This document shows positions 40,011 to 54,700 of a stretch of DNA of 64,000 nucleotides, piece after piece. Below the pieces are notes generated by a model. That model saw nothing but the letters and a program-made list of their open reading frames with translations, searched no databases and was not told the origin of the DNA. How positions within the stretch are numbered: position 1 is the first letter of the stretch; every line of letters starts with the position of its first letter. A program made the position numbers and the translations under genes. Origin of the DNA: Mizuhopecten yessoensis (Eukaryota); contig NW_018407983.1 of assembly GCF_002113885.1 (NCBI RefSeq), forward strand, positions 1-64,000. The letters are read 5' to 3'.

Positions 40011-40749
40011 AATAAGTTTCAATAGAACATCCAATTAATACGATCATCGTTCGGCAATGAAATTATTGTGTTTTCAATAAGCATTTGGTTACGGTATTAA
40101 ATATTAAGGACTACTTTGAACATTAAAAGGATTAATTTCATTTATGAAAACGATATAAAAAGAAAATACAAGTTTTGAGAAGTTTCATTTAAAACGGTAT
40201 TGTTGAATGAATCTCTAAACTTAAATGTCCTTTTTTATTCACACATGGACATTTGGAATCCTAATCTGACATATCCTACGAGGAAAGCTCATACATTTCT
40301 ACGTCGATTGATTGCGTCTGTAAATGACAAAATTCCTTCAATTGGACATTATTATCTAATAACACATTCTGTCTTGTATCTTAAGTCATCACTCAACACA
40401 TTTTAACTAGACCATATCAAATCGGATTGCATATAGGCATACGGCCCCGATGTTAGCTTATATGAAATACACATCCATGTTCATTTTGCACAGACCTTTA
40501 AGAGATTTCATGACTCTTTACTACCACTGAAGACTACGTTAATTAAGCAGCAAACCACAACTTCTATGCTACCGCAAAAAGACAAAATACGAACTCAAAT
40601 TCGATAACATCGACAGAAATACCTCATTACCCCTATTACGTGACGCCATACAATTGTTATGACAGGAGAATACCCCGTCTTTACCCTAGGGTAGGACAGA
40701 CATATATTTCACTGGCCGGATGTGTGCATATCTCAGTCTGATGGAGAAT

Positions 40750-41835
40750 AATATAATCCTTCCCGTCCTTGATGGAACGATAGAAAAATCTAACCCCGAG
40801 GAGTCAGATCTCAAATGTCTAGCCCGAGGCTTTGCCAATGGCCTGACTTTTAAGAATCTTACACAGAGGTTTGAAAAGCTTCTGTCTTACTCCAAGAGTG
40901 AGGAATAGTGGTAATTTCATTAAATGTAAACGATAAATCACACCGGAAAAAAAGTGTGGATATACCTGTACAGGATAAGACAAATGTATATAATTCCTGA
41001 TCTACTGAAATGATCTATCTGTAGTATTTAAAACACAGCAGCATCCCAAGCGTCAGCGCCATAATGTCTATGTAGGATGGTTGCTGCTGCTGCTGCTGGC
41101 AGGGGAATATTTACCCAGCAGCAGCAGCACCCATCCTACATAGACATTATGAAGCAGCCGGTATATGCTGTATTTACCCAGCAGCAGCAGCAGCAGCAGC
41201 AGCAACCATCCTACATAGACATTATGAAGCAGCCGGAAAATCCGTGACGTCATCATAACGGTACCACCCGGTTAGGGTGGTGCTGCAGGGTGGTGCGGGG
41301 TGGTGGTAAGGATTATATAGGCTGGGGACTGCGCCAAAATCCTTGCTTTTGTACTACTAAACAGTGTAATACGCGAGATAATAGAAATGGTACATACATT
41401 TCTCCCACAATCACTATAGGTTTCCAACTCCCGATTCATTGGATAAACCTGCTAGGAGTTGGTAAACATTTTTGGTTACGCAATAGTGGGTAACACCCTG
41501 GACGTGATTTCATTGGTCAATTTTTTACTTATGACGTCACGTAACAATGCTTTGCGACGTCATCTTCCATTGTGACGTCATGATTTCCCCCATCGGAAGC
41601 CTACATAGTGTTTTTTCAAGGGAAACATATGGCTTTCCAGATAAGATACAAACGTGATGGGTGAAAAAGGATCCCAAACTCGTGATGATAGGTTATCATG
41701 TTTATCTAACTCTCGTTAGTTAATTTTAAAATTGTGAAAGACCCCTGGTAAACCTCGTGTCTTTATACAATTTGAAATAACTAACTCGAGTTAGATAAAC
41801 AGAAGAACCAACCATCAAACGTTGGGGAACCTCTA
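40750..41835. mobile_element. Non-autonomous DNA element(s) with hairpin-rich subtermini and CAG/CTG inverted repeats (duplicate at ~53347-54425)
   Basis: Palindrome at ~41670-41830, CCCGAGGCTTTGCC hairpin motif at ~40823, clustered TGACGTCA motifs and an inverted CAG block at 41060-41235. Superfamily not determinable. Confidence 0.45.
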
Positions 41836-42874
41836 TGTATATGAGTTTAAGTGACATGAAATATGTTATAAAGTCGAGATCTTGGTTTTATCTTACAGAA
41901 ATACAAAGCACACACTGCTAACAGACGAATTTGAATTTCAGTAGTTTATCCACCTATTAATAGTTATTTGTTATTGGGAAAAAGACTTCATCTACTTTGC
42001 TAGCCGGGAAATGCAACAGCATGTCTCCGAAATAACTATCGTGATCACTCATGTGTTCACAAACTGAAAAAAATCTGTTTCTTTGCCATGTAACATTTAC
42101 CTGTGTAATATACCCATACTTATACAGAGATATAAGAAAGCCGGAATCGTTATCGAAAACGGCTTTACACAAACAATATATCCGTCAAATTATTGAAACA
42201 TGTAAATTAACATCACTATCATAACGGTTTTTTTTTTCATTTACAAATTATTCCCGATTATGTTTTGCCGTAATATTTTTCTAAATGTTGACAGATTTAA
42301 GTTAACAACTTGAAATATTTCATAAATATATCCCTATTGAATTATCGTTTATGCTCACATCTTTGAAATAGAATTTTGTAAGAACAATAAACTGTTGGTG
42401 GAACCATTCAATGACACGTAGGAACAGTAAACTACAGCTAAAATGAATAACTTGAGGAACAATTCACTTACTTATGAAACGTTAATGAGTATATTGGAAA
42501 TATATTACTACATAAAACGGTGATCAATTTATTGCAAATTTTTCTGGCACCGGCTGAACTCTAATTAAATTAAAACTGAACATATAGAAAATGAACAGAT
42601 TCCCCCATGGGATAAAAAAAAAAAAAACATATAGCACCAATAACGTTTGCATTTTTATTTTACTTAAAACATACAACATTGCCTTAAGTAGATCGGAATA
42701 ACCATTTCATTATCACAATTGATCTACCATGTATTTATGATATTATAATAGTCGGGTGGCACTGTTGATAGCGCACTCGCTTTTCAAACAGATGGCCGGG
42801 TCTCGATTCCCCGATCGGACATGTACATGGGAATGTATCTGGTCACCTGCTCGACCACGCAGATTTTTTATGTT

Positions 42875-43430
42875 CCTGATTTTAGTACCCTGTACCCCGT
42901 ACCCCGTGCCCTGTACCCCGTACCCTATAGCCCATACCGTATACCCTGTACCATGTAACTCCTACCCTGTTACCCGTATCCCGTACCCTGTACTGTCACA
43001 GCACAATACTTTCTATACGATGTTCAGCGATGTAAATACTGTTCAAATATATCTTTGTTCGATCTGTTATACGTATTTTGTATCACTGCACAGTGGATAA
43101 CATCGTTTCTGGTGTTTAAAAAGGAATAAGTGAACTCACAAATCGAATTGATTTAAGAATTGATTGATAATACCCGCATTTTAAGTGTATTTCCCTATGC
43201 AGGCAAACACAATGTTTTGCTACGATACACATCAAAGTCTTGCATCTGTCTACGCTTTACCCTGTACCCCGTTCCATGTTCCCCGTATCCTGTACCATGA
43301 TTCATGTACTGATTATCTTCACGATACAATACGCATCACAGCAAAATGCATTCGATACGATATTTATCTTTATAAAAGGGAACGGGGTAAGGGATACACG
43401 ACACAGGATACGAGAATCGGGTACATCAGG
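42875..43430. mobile_element. MITE with (TACCCCG)n-like subterminal repeats inserted into a SINE remnant (duplicate at 55441-56003)
   Basis: Ends CCTGAT..GTACCC / GGGTACATCAGG; SINE head at 42750-42860, with the SINE core resuming at GGTTTTCTCCGGTTACTCC. Confidence 0.6.
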
Positions 43431-44002
43431 TTTTCTCCGGTTACTCCAGCTTAATACCATATGAATACCATAATAATCTTTTATTGTGTATACAATATGA
43501 ATATCGCATTACGAATATTTTTTTTATATCAAGTATTTTTTAAACGATATCTGAATATCAAAATTACACCGAATGTTATATTTTCCTTTAAACAAACAAT
43601 TTTCTTCACATTTGGTGAGAAGGGATATCCAAAACGATTTTGTTATTATTATATGAATCGCCGGTAGCTACTACCTTGATAATTTCCTTTCATGTATTTA
43701 AAGTTAAAACTTTAATCACAGGTTACGTCATGCATGGCCATTTCATTCGCGGGAAAAGATACACATTTCCTCGTCGATTGCCTGTATGTCTGAAGAAAAA
43801 TACATCTGACAAAATCTTTCACAGCATAATTTACTAGCCGAGAAATGCAACAACATTTCTCCGAAATAGCTATTATGTGTTCACAGAGATTAATGATAAT
43901 GAATAATGGTTGTGTAACCTACCTATATCTATCTATAGATATCAGTTGTTTATAACCGTGTATTGTTGGACGATAGACCATGAACGTTCATGTACATTCA
44001 AT

Positions 44003-45527
44003 TCAACACGCGAAATTCTTATCAAGCGTCTATTCGAATTCAACCTGTCTCAATTTAGTAGAGGTTTTGTTCCCGACATTGTTAATATTTTACAAAAATA
44101 CAATTTGTATCATGTTATTGATGAATTTTTGATGAGTGGTGTATTTCCAAACAAATGACAAATTCAATGGAAGCGTTGGGTCAATGACCATGTAAAAAAC
44201 TATGAACAGTTTAATTTATGTGAAAGAATGAACGCTGATAGGGACTTCTCTCGCTTCACTCTTTTACATAATAAGATACAACCGTATGCTATATGGAAAC
44301 TTGCTTTACGCTTTCCACAATACAGTCCATGTTTTAAGAAAGTTGTTAAACTTTGTGTTGAAATGCGCGATAATGAAAATATATATTTGTGTCATTACTG
44401 TGGATCTATGCACAAAGATACTATTATGCATAGTGTACTCGAATGCTCACACACAGAGCTATTACGAAACCAGCTCTGGTGTGTACTCAGTACTGTAAAA
44501 GATATAGATTTTGTGTTTAATCTTAATGTAATGTCTAATTACCATCTACTTCATGTTCTTCTTGGTGGTATTTTCAACTATGATTTATCTCCATATGAAC
44601 TGGAGGACTTTAGAATAAAATCCATTGTTATTATTACTAAAATTCTTCAATACAGTTGTATTATGTAATTTATCCTTAGATATTTGAATGTTGTATACTG
44701 AGAAATATGATCACAAATTTACTTGTGTGTACCTCACGCTTCAGCAAGATTAATACATGAAATACATATATTTTTGTAGTCATATTAGTAGGCAAGCATT
44801 CCCTACGTCTTTTCTGTTATACCATTGCACAATTGGGCTGCATGATTAGTGCAACTTACTACCATTCATAATATTGTTTGTATTGTATGAATTAATCTTG
44901 TGATATGTATTACTACAACTGAAATCATTGCATGGTTGACCTGTTTCTTCAAGTTAATCATTATATTGTATGTTGTGTATTTCACACCACTGTATGACTA
45001 TATTGTATGACTTCGTGCAACGGGTTCTACTCAATGTATGATTGTATTGTAAGACTTATGTTACAGTAATACTGTCTATAATAATGCTGTATGATTTATA
45101 GTGTGCTGCTTGTAATACTGTTTATTACAATGCTGTATGATTGCTTAGTACGAGAAGTGTATTACTGTCTATACTATCATATGATAATGTAGTTTGAGGA
45201 GTGTAAATATGTCTATTATATCAATGTATGATGTTATGTATGATTAGTGTTATACTGTCTATCATCATAATTATCATCGTATAATGACTGTAATAGTACC
45301 TATTATATCATTGTGTTGTGTTTATAGTACTTTATGGTATGATGCGGGTACTATTATTATTCTCTTATGTGTGTGTCTGTCCAGGTGCATGAGTGTGTCA
45401 CTATGTAAGGGTGTGACCATGATTGTGAATGCTCTTTCTTCTCTTTAAATAGTGTTGAATTGTACGTGTATTGTTCGTTATTTCTGTAAATCTTCATTTC
45501 TGGAGGAAATAAAGGAAATAATAATAA
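44003..45527 (+). mobile_element. 3' fragment of a non-LTR retrotransposon (C-terminal CCHC-type finger, long 3' UTR), copy A
   Basis: CHYCG...HSVLECS...LRNQLW...LLGG; tail GGAGGAAATAAAGGAAATAATAATAA; premature TGA at 44156-44158. Confidence 0.75.
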
Positions 45528-47460
45528 CATTATCTATCTTGTTTATATATATACCAATTTGAGGCATCGCTAAACATCTTACATTTGTATATATCGTAAT
45601 AAAGACGTTGAAGTCGAAATCTTTGATGTTGCACACTGCTAATGGATGCACTTAAAATTTAAGTATTTTTATCCACCCACTTAGTTATGGTGCTATTGTA
45701 AAAGGTGTTGGCCTAATTTACTAGCCGAGAAATGCAACAACATTTCTCCGAAATAGCTATTATGTGTTCACAGAGATTAATGATAATGAATAATGGTTGT
45801 GTAACCTACCTATATCTATCTATAGATATCAGTTTGTTTAATAACCGTGTATTGTTGGACGATAGACTATGAACGTTCATGTACATTCAATATTGTATGC
45901 ATTTGAAGGTTTAAAAAAATTCTATTTATATCTATATCCTGTCTAACTCACGGTAATTCCGCCGATCTTACCACGACAGTCGGACATGAAATCTGTCAAA
46001 CGCTGATTTCATGTGTTGACGAGCGATGCCAATAGAATGGTATGTAGAAAAGGGGATGGTTTCTTTCTTGTTTTCTTTTAAAGGGACACTGAGGAAATAA
46101 AGAAAACATCGCTGTATCCCACTGCATGTGTATCGTGAAAGGCGACTAATGTGGGGCCCCTGCAGAATCGAGTTTTTTTTCTGTGTCTTCTAATAAGGGG
46201 ACATGAACGGGGCCAAAATTGATCTGCTGCCCCCAATTGCAACACTTGGTTTAGTTTTCGTTTCCGATCTTTCCTGTCTTCTGCCTTTATCTTTCTACCT
46301 TTAGTTTCCGGCGGTGTCTCTCTAGGCAAACAAACTATCAGAAGGTTCTTTATTTACAAATTATTCTCAATCATTTTTGCAGTAAGTTTTTTTTTCTTAT
46401 AATTCAGTTTTAAGTTAACGAATGATTTCTTGACATATTACGTGAATAAATCACTACTATTTTTTATATTTGAGGAATTATAGTTTATCATCACAACTTT
46501 CGCGGTGCAAAAACTAGGATTTCATCATTGCGTAAAGACAGATTGACAAGTCATTTTGTAATATCATTATATTTCCCCTTATGTTCTCTTACCCTGACAA
46601 GCGTATCCACACGTTTTTCGGTGTGTGAACACTGATAAATAGAATCTCTCACCCTCCTTGGGGAAGTTTCTTAAATTGCCAAAACACGAGGCTTTGCCAA
46701 TCAAGGGGGTGAATGATTCTTTTTGTCTTGTTCACCTATGTTCACACATTGTGTCTCATAAACATAATGTATTGTTTACTTAATAGGCCAAATACATGTA
46801 TTGTTGAGGTGACGTCATTGTATTGTATACGAGACGTCACACAACTGTTATGAATAGGGGAATCCTGCTCAATATTGTATCCCTTGGGTTTTAATTACCT
46901 TATACATACCTCACATCAGGGATGGATTCTGTTACAGATGCTCTTCTAGTACAGTTATAACCTGTCCACTTAGAGTGTGACATCCATGTTTATGACAATA
47001 TAGTATGTGGATAGTGGTGGAAAATTCGTTTAAAATGATAACATATCTTAAAACCGAGATATGCTGTGGTGTATTTCCATTAAAGACATTTGAAATAACC
47101 AGTTTTGCCATATAAAAGTAATAGACATTTTCAATTAGTTAATAATTTCCAATTCAAAGGAACATTTTTTGCAGTTATATGTAGACCTAAATGTAGATTA
47201 AAATTTCCAAAAAAACCTCATCAAGTTCAGTTTTCTGATTGTTTAAGACAAGATACTTAGACTGGAAATTGATACTGGTACATAAATCTGAACTGGTCAA
47301 GTGAATTAGAGTCTATGATACATCTGTAACACACAAAACAAAACCATCAATCTTAACAGGTAGCGTCGACCACAGTGTCGATACACAGGGATAGGACATT
47401 AGTGTGAGACTGAGATCTTCAAAAAATAAAACCAACAATCTTAAAAGGTAGCGTCGACCA

Positions 47461-50400
47461 CAGTCACCGTTAACAAATCGTCCGAAAGTTACTGTCTATA
47501 CATCGTCCGTCAGTCACTGTTTTATACATCGTCCGTCAGTCACTGTTTTATACATCGTCTGTCAGTCGCTGTCTCAGCTTCGCCCGTCAGTCATTGTCTC
47601 AGCATCGATTGACATACACTGTCTACTCATTATCCGTCTGTCACTGTCAACATATCATTCGTCGTCCACTGTCTCAACATCGTCCGTCAGTCACTGTCTC
47701 AACATCTTCCGACAGTCACCGTGTACTCATTGTTTGTCTATCACCGTCAACATACGCCCGACAGTCACTGTCTTTACATCGTCAGTTTGTCACTGTCAAC
47801 TCATTGCCCGTCAGTTACTGTCAACACATCGTCCGTCAGTCACTGTTAAAAAATTGCACGTCTGTCACGGTCTATAAATCCCGAGTCAACGTGTGTAAAT
47901 GCATCGTCCATCAGTCAATCTCAACAAATCGTCCTTCTGTTACTGTCTACACACCATCCGTTTGTCATTGTCTACACATTGTCCGTCAGTAAATGTCAAC
48001 AAATCGTTCGTTAGTCACTGTCTACATATCGACCGCCAGTCATTGTCCCAACATTGTCCGTCAGACACTGTCTACTTATTGTCCGCCTGTCACTGTCTAA
48101 ACATCGTCCGTAAGTCTCTGTCTACTCCCTTTCCGTTTGTCAATGTCTGTTCATCGTCCGTCGGTCTTTGTTTTAAAAATCGTCCATCAGTCACTGTTTT
48201 ACACATCGTCCATCAGTCAATCTCAACAAATCGTCCGTCTGTTACTGTCTACACACCGTCCGCTTGTCATTGTCTACACATCGTACGTCAGTAAATGTCA
48301 ACAAATCGTTTGTTAGTCATTGTCCACACATCGATCTCAGTCATTGTCTCAACATCGTCCGACAGACACTGTATCAACATCGTCCGACAGACAATGTATC
48401 AACATCGTCCGACAGACACTGTATCAACATCGTCCGTCAGACACTGTATCAACATTGTCCGTTAGACACTGTATCAACATCGTCCGACAGACACTGTATC
48501 AACGTTGTCCGTCAGACACTGTATCAACATCGTCCGACAGACACTGTATCAACAGAGTCCGTCAGACACTGTATCAACATCGTCCGACAAACACTGTATA
48601 AACACCGTCCGTCAGGAACTGTCGATACACATCGTCCGTCTGTCACTGTCAACACATCGTCCGTCTGTTACGGATTACAAATCGCCCCTGAGTCAATATA
48701 TGTACATTGTGTGGCAGTCGCTAATTATACATCGTTCGAAGGTCAATGTCTTGCCATCGCCCAACATTGACTGTCAATACATCGCCCATCAGTCAATTTC
48801 AACAAATCATCCGTCTGTTACTGTCTACACACCGTCCGTTTGCCATTATCTACACATCGTACATCAGTAAATGTCAACAAATCATTTGTAAGTTAGTGTC
48901 TAAACATCGATCGCCAGTCTTTGTTTCAACATTGTCCGACAGACGCTGTATAAACATCGTCCGTCAGGAACCGTCGATCCACATCGTCCGTCTGTCACTG
49001 TCAAGTTGTCAACATATCATCCGACAGTCACTGTCTACAAGTCGTTCATCTGTTACTGTCAATTCATCGCCCGTCTGTCACTGTCTACATGTCGTTCGTC
49101 TGTCACTGTCAACTCATTGTCTTACAGTTACTCTCAATACATTGTCCGTCTGTCACTATCAGCACATCGTCCGTCTGTCACTGTCAATTCATCGCCCGTC
49201 TGTCACTGTCTACAAGTCGTTCGTCTGTCACTGTCAACTCAATGTCTTACAGTGACTCTCAGCACATTGTCCGTCTATCACTGTCAACTCATTGTCCTAC
49301 AGTTACTCTCAACACATTGTCCGTCTGTCAATATCAGCACATCGTCCGACAGTCACTGTCTACAAGTCGTTCATCTGTTACTGTCAATTCATCGCCCGTC
49401 TCTCACTGTCTACAAGTCGTTCGTCTGTCACTGTCAACTAATTGTCTTACAGTTACTCTCAACACATTGTCCGTCTGTCACTGTCAATTCATTGTCTTAC
49501 AGTTACTCTCAACACATGGTCCGTCTGACACTGTCAACTCATTGTCTTACAGTTACTGTCAAAACAGTGTCCGTCTGTCACTGTCAACTCATTGTCTTTC
49601 AGTTACTCTCAACACATTGTCCGTCAGTCACTATCTAAACATTGTCCGTCAGTCACTGTATAAACATCTGCTGCCTGTCACTTTCAGCACATCGTCCTGT
49701 TTGACAGTCTAAACATCGTTCAAATGCCACTGTCTACTCATCATCCGTCAACAAATCGTCCGAAAGTCACTGTTCTATACACCGTCTGTCAGTCGCTGTC
49801 TCAACATCGCCCGTCAGTCATTGTAGATACATATGGTCCGTCTTTCAATGTCAAATTGTCAACACATTATCCGACAGTCACTGTCTTCATTTTGTCCGTC
49901 TGTCACTTTCAACATATCGTCCGTCTGACACTGTCAACTCATTGTCTGAAAGTTCTTCTCAACACATTGTCCGTCTGTAACTGTCAACATATCGTCCGTC
50001 AGTCCCTGTTAACAAATCATTTGTCAGTCACTCAACTAATTGTCCGTCTATAACTGTCAACACATCGTGCGACAGCTATTATCAACATATGGTCCATCAG
50101 TCACAGTCAAAACAACGTTCGAAAGTCAATGTCTACTCATTGTCAGCCTGTCACTGTCTAAACATCCGTCAGTCACTGTTTTAAACATCGTCCGACAGAC
50201 ACTGTCTCAGCATACGCCCGACAGTCACTGTCTAAACGTCAACCGCAAGTCATTGTCTCATCTGTCGATACACATCGTCCGTCTGTTACTGTCAACTCAT
50301 CACCCGTCTGTCACTGTCAATTCATCGTCTTACAGTTACTCTCAATACACTGTCCGTCTGTCAATCTCAACACATTGTCCGCAAGTCACTGTCTAAACAT

Positions 50401-51775
50401 CTGGTGTCCGTCACTTCCAGCTCATCGTCTGTCTTTGACTGTCTAAACATCGTTCATACGCCACTGTCTACTCATCGTCCATCAGTTACTGTCAACACAT
50501 CTTCCGTCAGTTACTGTCAACACATCGCCCCTGAGTCAATATTGTGTGGCAGTCGTTAATTACACATCGTCCGAAGGTCAATGTCTTGCCATCGCCCAAC
50601 ATTAACTGTCAATACATCGTCCATCAGTCAATCTTAACATATCATCTGTCTGTTACTGTCTACACACCGTCCGTTTGTCATTGTCTACGTCAGTAAATGT
50701 CAACAAATCGTTTGTAAGTCACCGTCTAAACATCGATCGCCAGTCATTGTCTCAACATTGTCCGACAGACGCTGTATCAACATCGTCCGACAGACACTGC
50801 CAACACATCATCCGACAGTCACTGTCTTCATTTTATCCGTCTGTCACTGTCAACATATTGTCCGTCTGACGCTGTCAACTCATTGTCTGTAAGTTACTCT
50901 CAACACATCTTCCATCTGTAACTGCCAACATATCGTCCGTCATTCACTGTCTCAACATCGTCCGTCAGACACTGTCTACTCATTGTTTGTCTGTCACTGT
51001 CAACACAATATTGTGTGGCAGTAGCTAACTACACATCGCCCGACAGTCACTGTCTTTACATCGTCCGTTTGTCACTGTCAACGCATCATCCGACAGTCAC
51101 TGTCAAGATAACGTCAGTTTGTCACTGTCATCTCATCGTCCGTCTGTCACGGTCCACAAATAGCCAATGAATGATTCAATCTATGTACATTGTGTGGCAG
51201 TCGCTAACTACACATCGTCCGAAGGTCAATGTCTTGCCATCGCTGTCGCAGTCACTGTCAACACATCATCCGACAGTCACTGTCAAGACATCGTCCCTTA
51301 GTCACTGTCTACACATCGTCCGTCTGTCACGGTCTACACATAGCCAATGAATGATTCAATCTATGGACATTGTGTGGCAGTCGCTAATTACACATCCTCC
51401 GAAGGTCAATGTCTTGCCATCGCTGTCGCAGTCACTGTCTACGCATTGTCTGTCTGTCTGTCTGTCATTGCCAACACATCATCCGACAGTCACTGTCTAC
51501 TCATTGTCTGTCTGTCATTCTGTCATTGTCAACACATCATCCGACAGTCACTGTCTACACATCGTCCGAAGGTCATTGTCAACACATCGTCAGTCAGACA
51601 CTGTCTACACATCGTCCGTCTGTCACTGTCAACACATCGTCTGACAGCACCTGCTTACACATCGTACGACTGTCATTATCACACTGTTTACACACCGTTC
51701 GTCTGTCATTATCAGCACATCTTCCGTAAATCACTGTCAATAAATTGTCAATCTGTCACTGTCAACATATCGTGG
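47461..51775. repeat. Degenerate 25-bp satellite, block 2 (expanded; homogeneous sub-array CAGACACTGTATCAACATCGTCCGA at ~48350-48610)
   Basis: Same unit as 35990-39170, about 4.3 kb. Confidence 0.95.
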
Positions 51776-54700
51776 TAATGTTGTTATAATAAATTCACAT
51801 TATCTTATTTTATTTTACCTGTCTGATCATGCATCTACTTGTTGAAACCCGTTTACTACACGTAAAACTGTTAAAGCACTTGTGGATTCATCAAACGACT
51901 GGTGGAAACTGTATGATAGTGGTATCTCATTGCAATCGCCTGTGGTAACCGTGGAATTCAACTTCAATTTGAAAACAACTTATGCTTTTTGTAAAAATAA
52001 TCGATTCCAATATAAAATCAAAAACTGATAAAACTCGTCTCGTTATAATAATCCGTTATTTATGTGTCTTTTACCGCTGCAACAGAAACAACAACTTGAA
52101 AGTAGAATGACAGTTTACATTTATTTTATTACGTTCCCTGACAGAGCATTGCTGATAGATATTCAGTTAATGGTCTAGGTGGCGGAGTGAATAGCGCAGT
52201 CGCCTTTCACCAAGGCGGTCGGTGTTCGAGCTTAAGAAAATCGGAATAATGATATCATAATTATAATCGATCTACCATACAATTATGATAGTATGATAGG
52301 ATAGTCGGGTGGCACAGAGGATAGCGCGCTCGGACGTGAAAAAGGATAGTGTCGCCTGCCAAACTTTTAAACTTTTTTTTATTTATCTCAACACCTTTGA
52401 ATTACAATGATATACAGAGATATATAAATACAAAGATTTCATGTACAGTAATTAGCCTGCCCGACCATGTGGGGTTTTCCGGATTTTCCGGTTTGCTCCC
52501 TCGCTAAGAACTACCGCGCGCTACCATCGGGGCCAACAATATTGACTAATATTAGTTGATTTAATATTCTTTCATACTTGTTGTAAAAGAATATTTTAAA
52601 TAGTTTAAAAAAGTTTCAATAGAACATCCAATTAATACGATCATCGTTCGGCAATGAAATTATTGTGTTTTCAATAAGCATTTGGTTACGGTATTAAATA
52701 TTAAGGACAACTTTGAACATTAAAAGGATTAATTTCATTTATCAAAACGATATAAAAAAAAAATACAAGTTTTGAGAAGTTACATTTAAAACGGTATTGT
52801 TGAATGAATCTCTAAACTTAAATGTCCTTTTTTATTCACACATGGACATTTGGAATCCTAATCTGGCATATCCTACGAGGAAAGCTCATATATTTCTACG
52901 TCGATTGATTGCGTCTGTAAATGACAAAATTTCTTCAATTGGACATTATTATCCGATAACACATTCTGTCTTGTATCTTAAGTCATCACTCAACACATTT
53001 TAACTAGACCATATCAAATCGGATTGCATATATGCATACGGCCCCGATGTTAGCTTAAATGAAATACACATGCATGTTCATTTTGCACAGACCTTTAAGA
53101 GATTTCATGTCTCTTTACTACCACTGAAGACTACGTTAATTAAGAAGCAAACCACAACTTCTATGCTACCGCAAAAACACAAAATACGAACTCAAAGTCG
53201 ATAACATCGACAGAAATACCTCATTACCCCTATAACGTGACGCCATACAATTGTTATGACAGGGGAATCCCCCGTCTTTACCCTAGGGTAGGACAGACAT
53301 ATATTTCACTGGCCGGATGTGTGCATATCTCAGTCTGATGGAGAATAATATAATCCTTCCCGTCCTTGATGGAACGATAGAAAAATCTAAACCCGAAGAG
53401 TCAGATCTAAAATGTCAAGCCCGAGGCTTTGCCAATGGCCTGACTTTTAAGAATCTTACACAGAGGTTTGAAAAGTTTCTGTCTTACTCCCAGAGTGAGG
53501 AATAGTGGTAATTTCATTAAATGTAAACGATAAATCATACCGGGAAAAAAGTGGTGATTTACCTGTACAGGACAAGAAAATATATAGAGTTCCTGATCTA
53601 CTAAAATGATCTAGCTGTAGTATTTAAAACACAGCAGCATCCCAAGCGTCAGCGCCATAATGTCTATATAGGATGGTGGCTGCTGCTGCTGCTGGCAGGG
53701 GAATATTTACCCAGCAGCAACAGCAGCCATCCTACATAGACATTATGAAGCAGTCGGTATATACTGTATTTACCCAGCAGCAGCAGCAGCAGCAACCATC
53801 CTACATAGACATTATGAAGCAGCCGGAAAATCCGTGACGTCATCATAACGGTACCACCCGGTTAGGGTGGTGCTGCAAGGTGGTGCGGGGTGATGGTAAG
53901 GATTATATAGGCGGGGGACTGCGCCAAAACCATTACTTTTGTGCTACTAAACAGTGTAATACGCAAGATAATAGAAATGGTACATACATTTCTCCCACCA
54001 TCACTATAGGTTTCCAACTCCCGATTCATTCGATAAACCTGCTAGGAGTTGGTAAACAGTTTTGGTAACGCAATAGTGGGTAACACCCTGGACGCGATTT
54101 CATTGGTCAATTTTTTACTTATGACGTCACATAACAATGCTTTGCGACGTCATCTTCCATTGTGACGTCATGATTTCCCCCATCGGAAGCCTACATAGTG
54201 TTTTTTCAAGGGAAACATATGGCTTTCCAGATAAGATATACACGTAATGGGAGAAAAGGGACCCCAAACTCGTGATGATAGGTTATCATGTTTATCTAAC
54301 TCTCGTTAGTTAATTTTAAAATTGTGAAAGACCCCTGGTAAACCTCGTGTCTTTATACAATTTGAAATAACTAACTCGAGTTAGATAAACAGGATAACCA
54401 ACCATCAAACGTTGGGGAACCTCCATGTATATGAGTTTAAGTGACATGGAATATGTTATAAAGTCGAGATCTTGGTTTTATCTTACAGAAATACTAAGCG
54501 TACACTGCTAACAGACGAATTTGAATTTCAGTAGTTTATCCACGTATTTATAGTTATTTGTTATTGAAAAAACAAGTTGACCTACTTTGCTAGCTGGGAA
54601 ATGCAACAACATTTCTCCGAAATAACTACCGTGCTCACTCATGTGTTCACAGAACTGAATAATTTCTGATTCATTGCCATGTAACATTTACCTGTGTAAT

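Noticed and set aside
36025-51778. Many overlapping Ser/Thr/His/Val/Cys-rich ORFs
   Set aside because: Translations of a 25-bp satellite, open in all three frames; the unit is not a multiple of 3.
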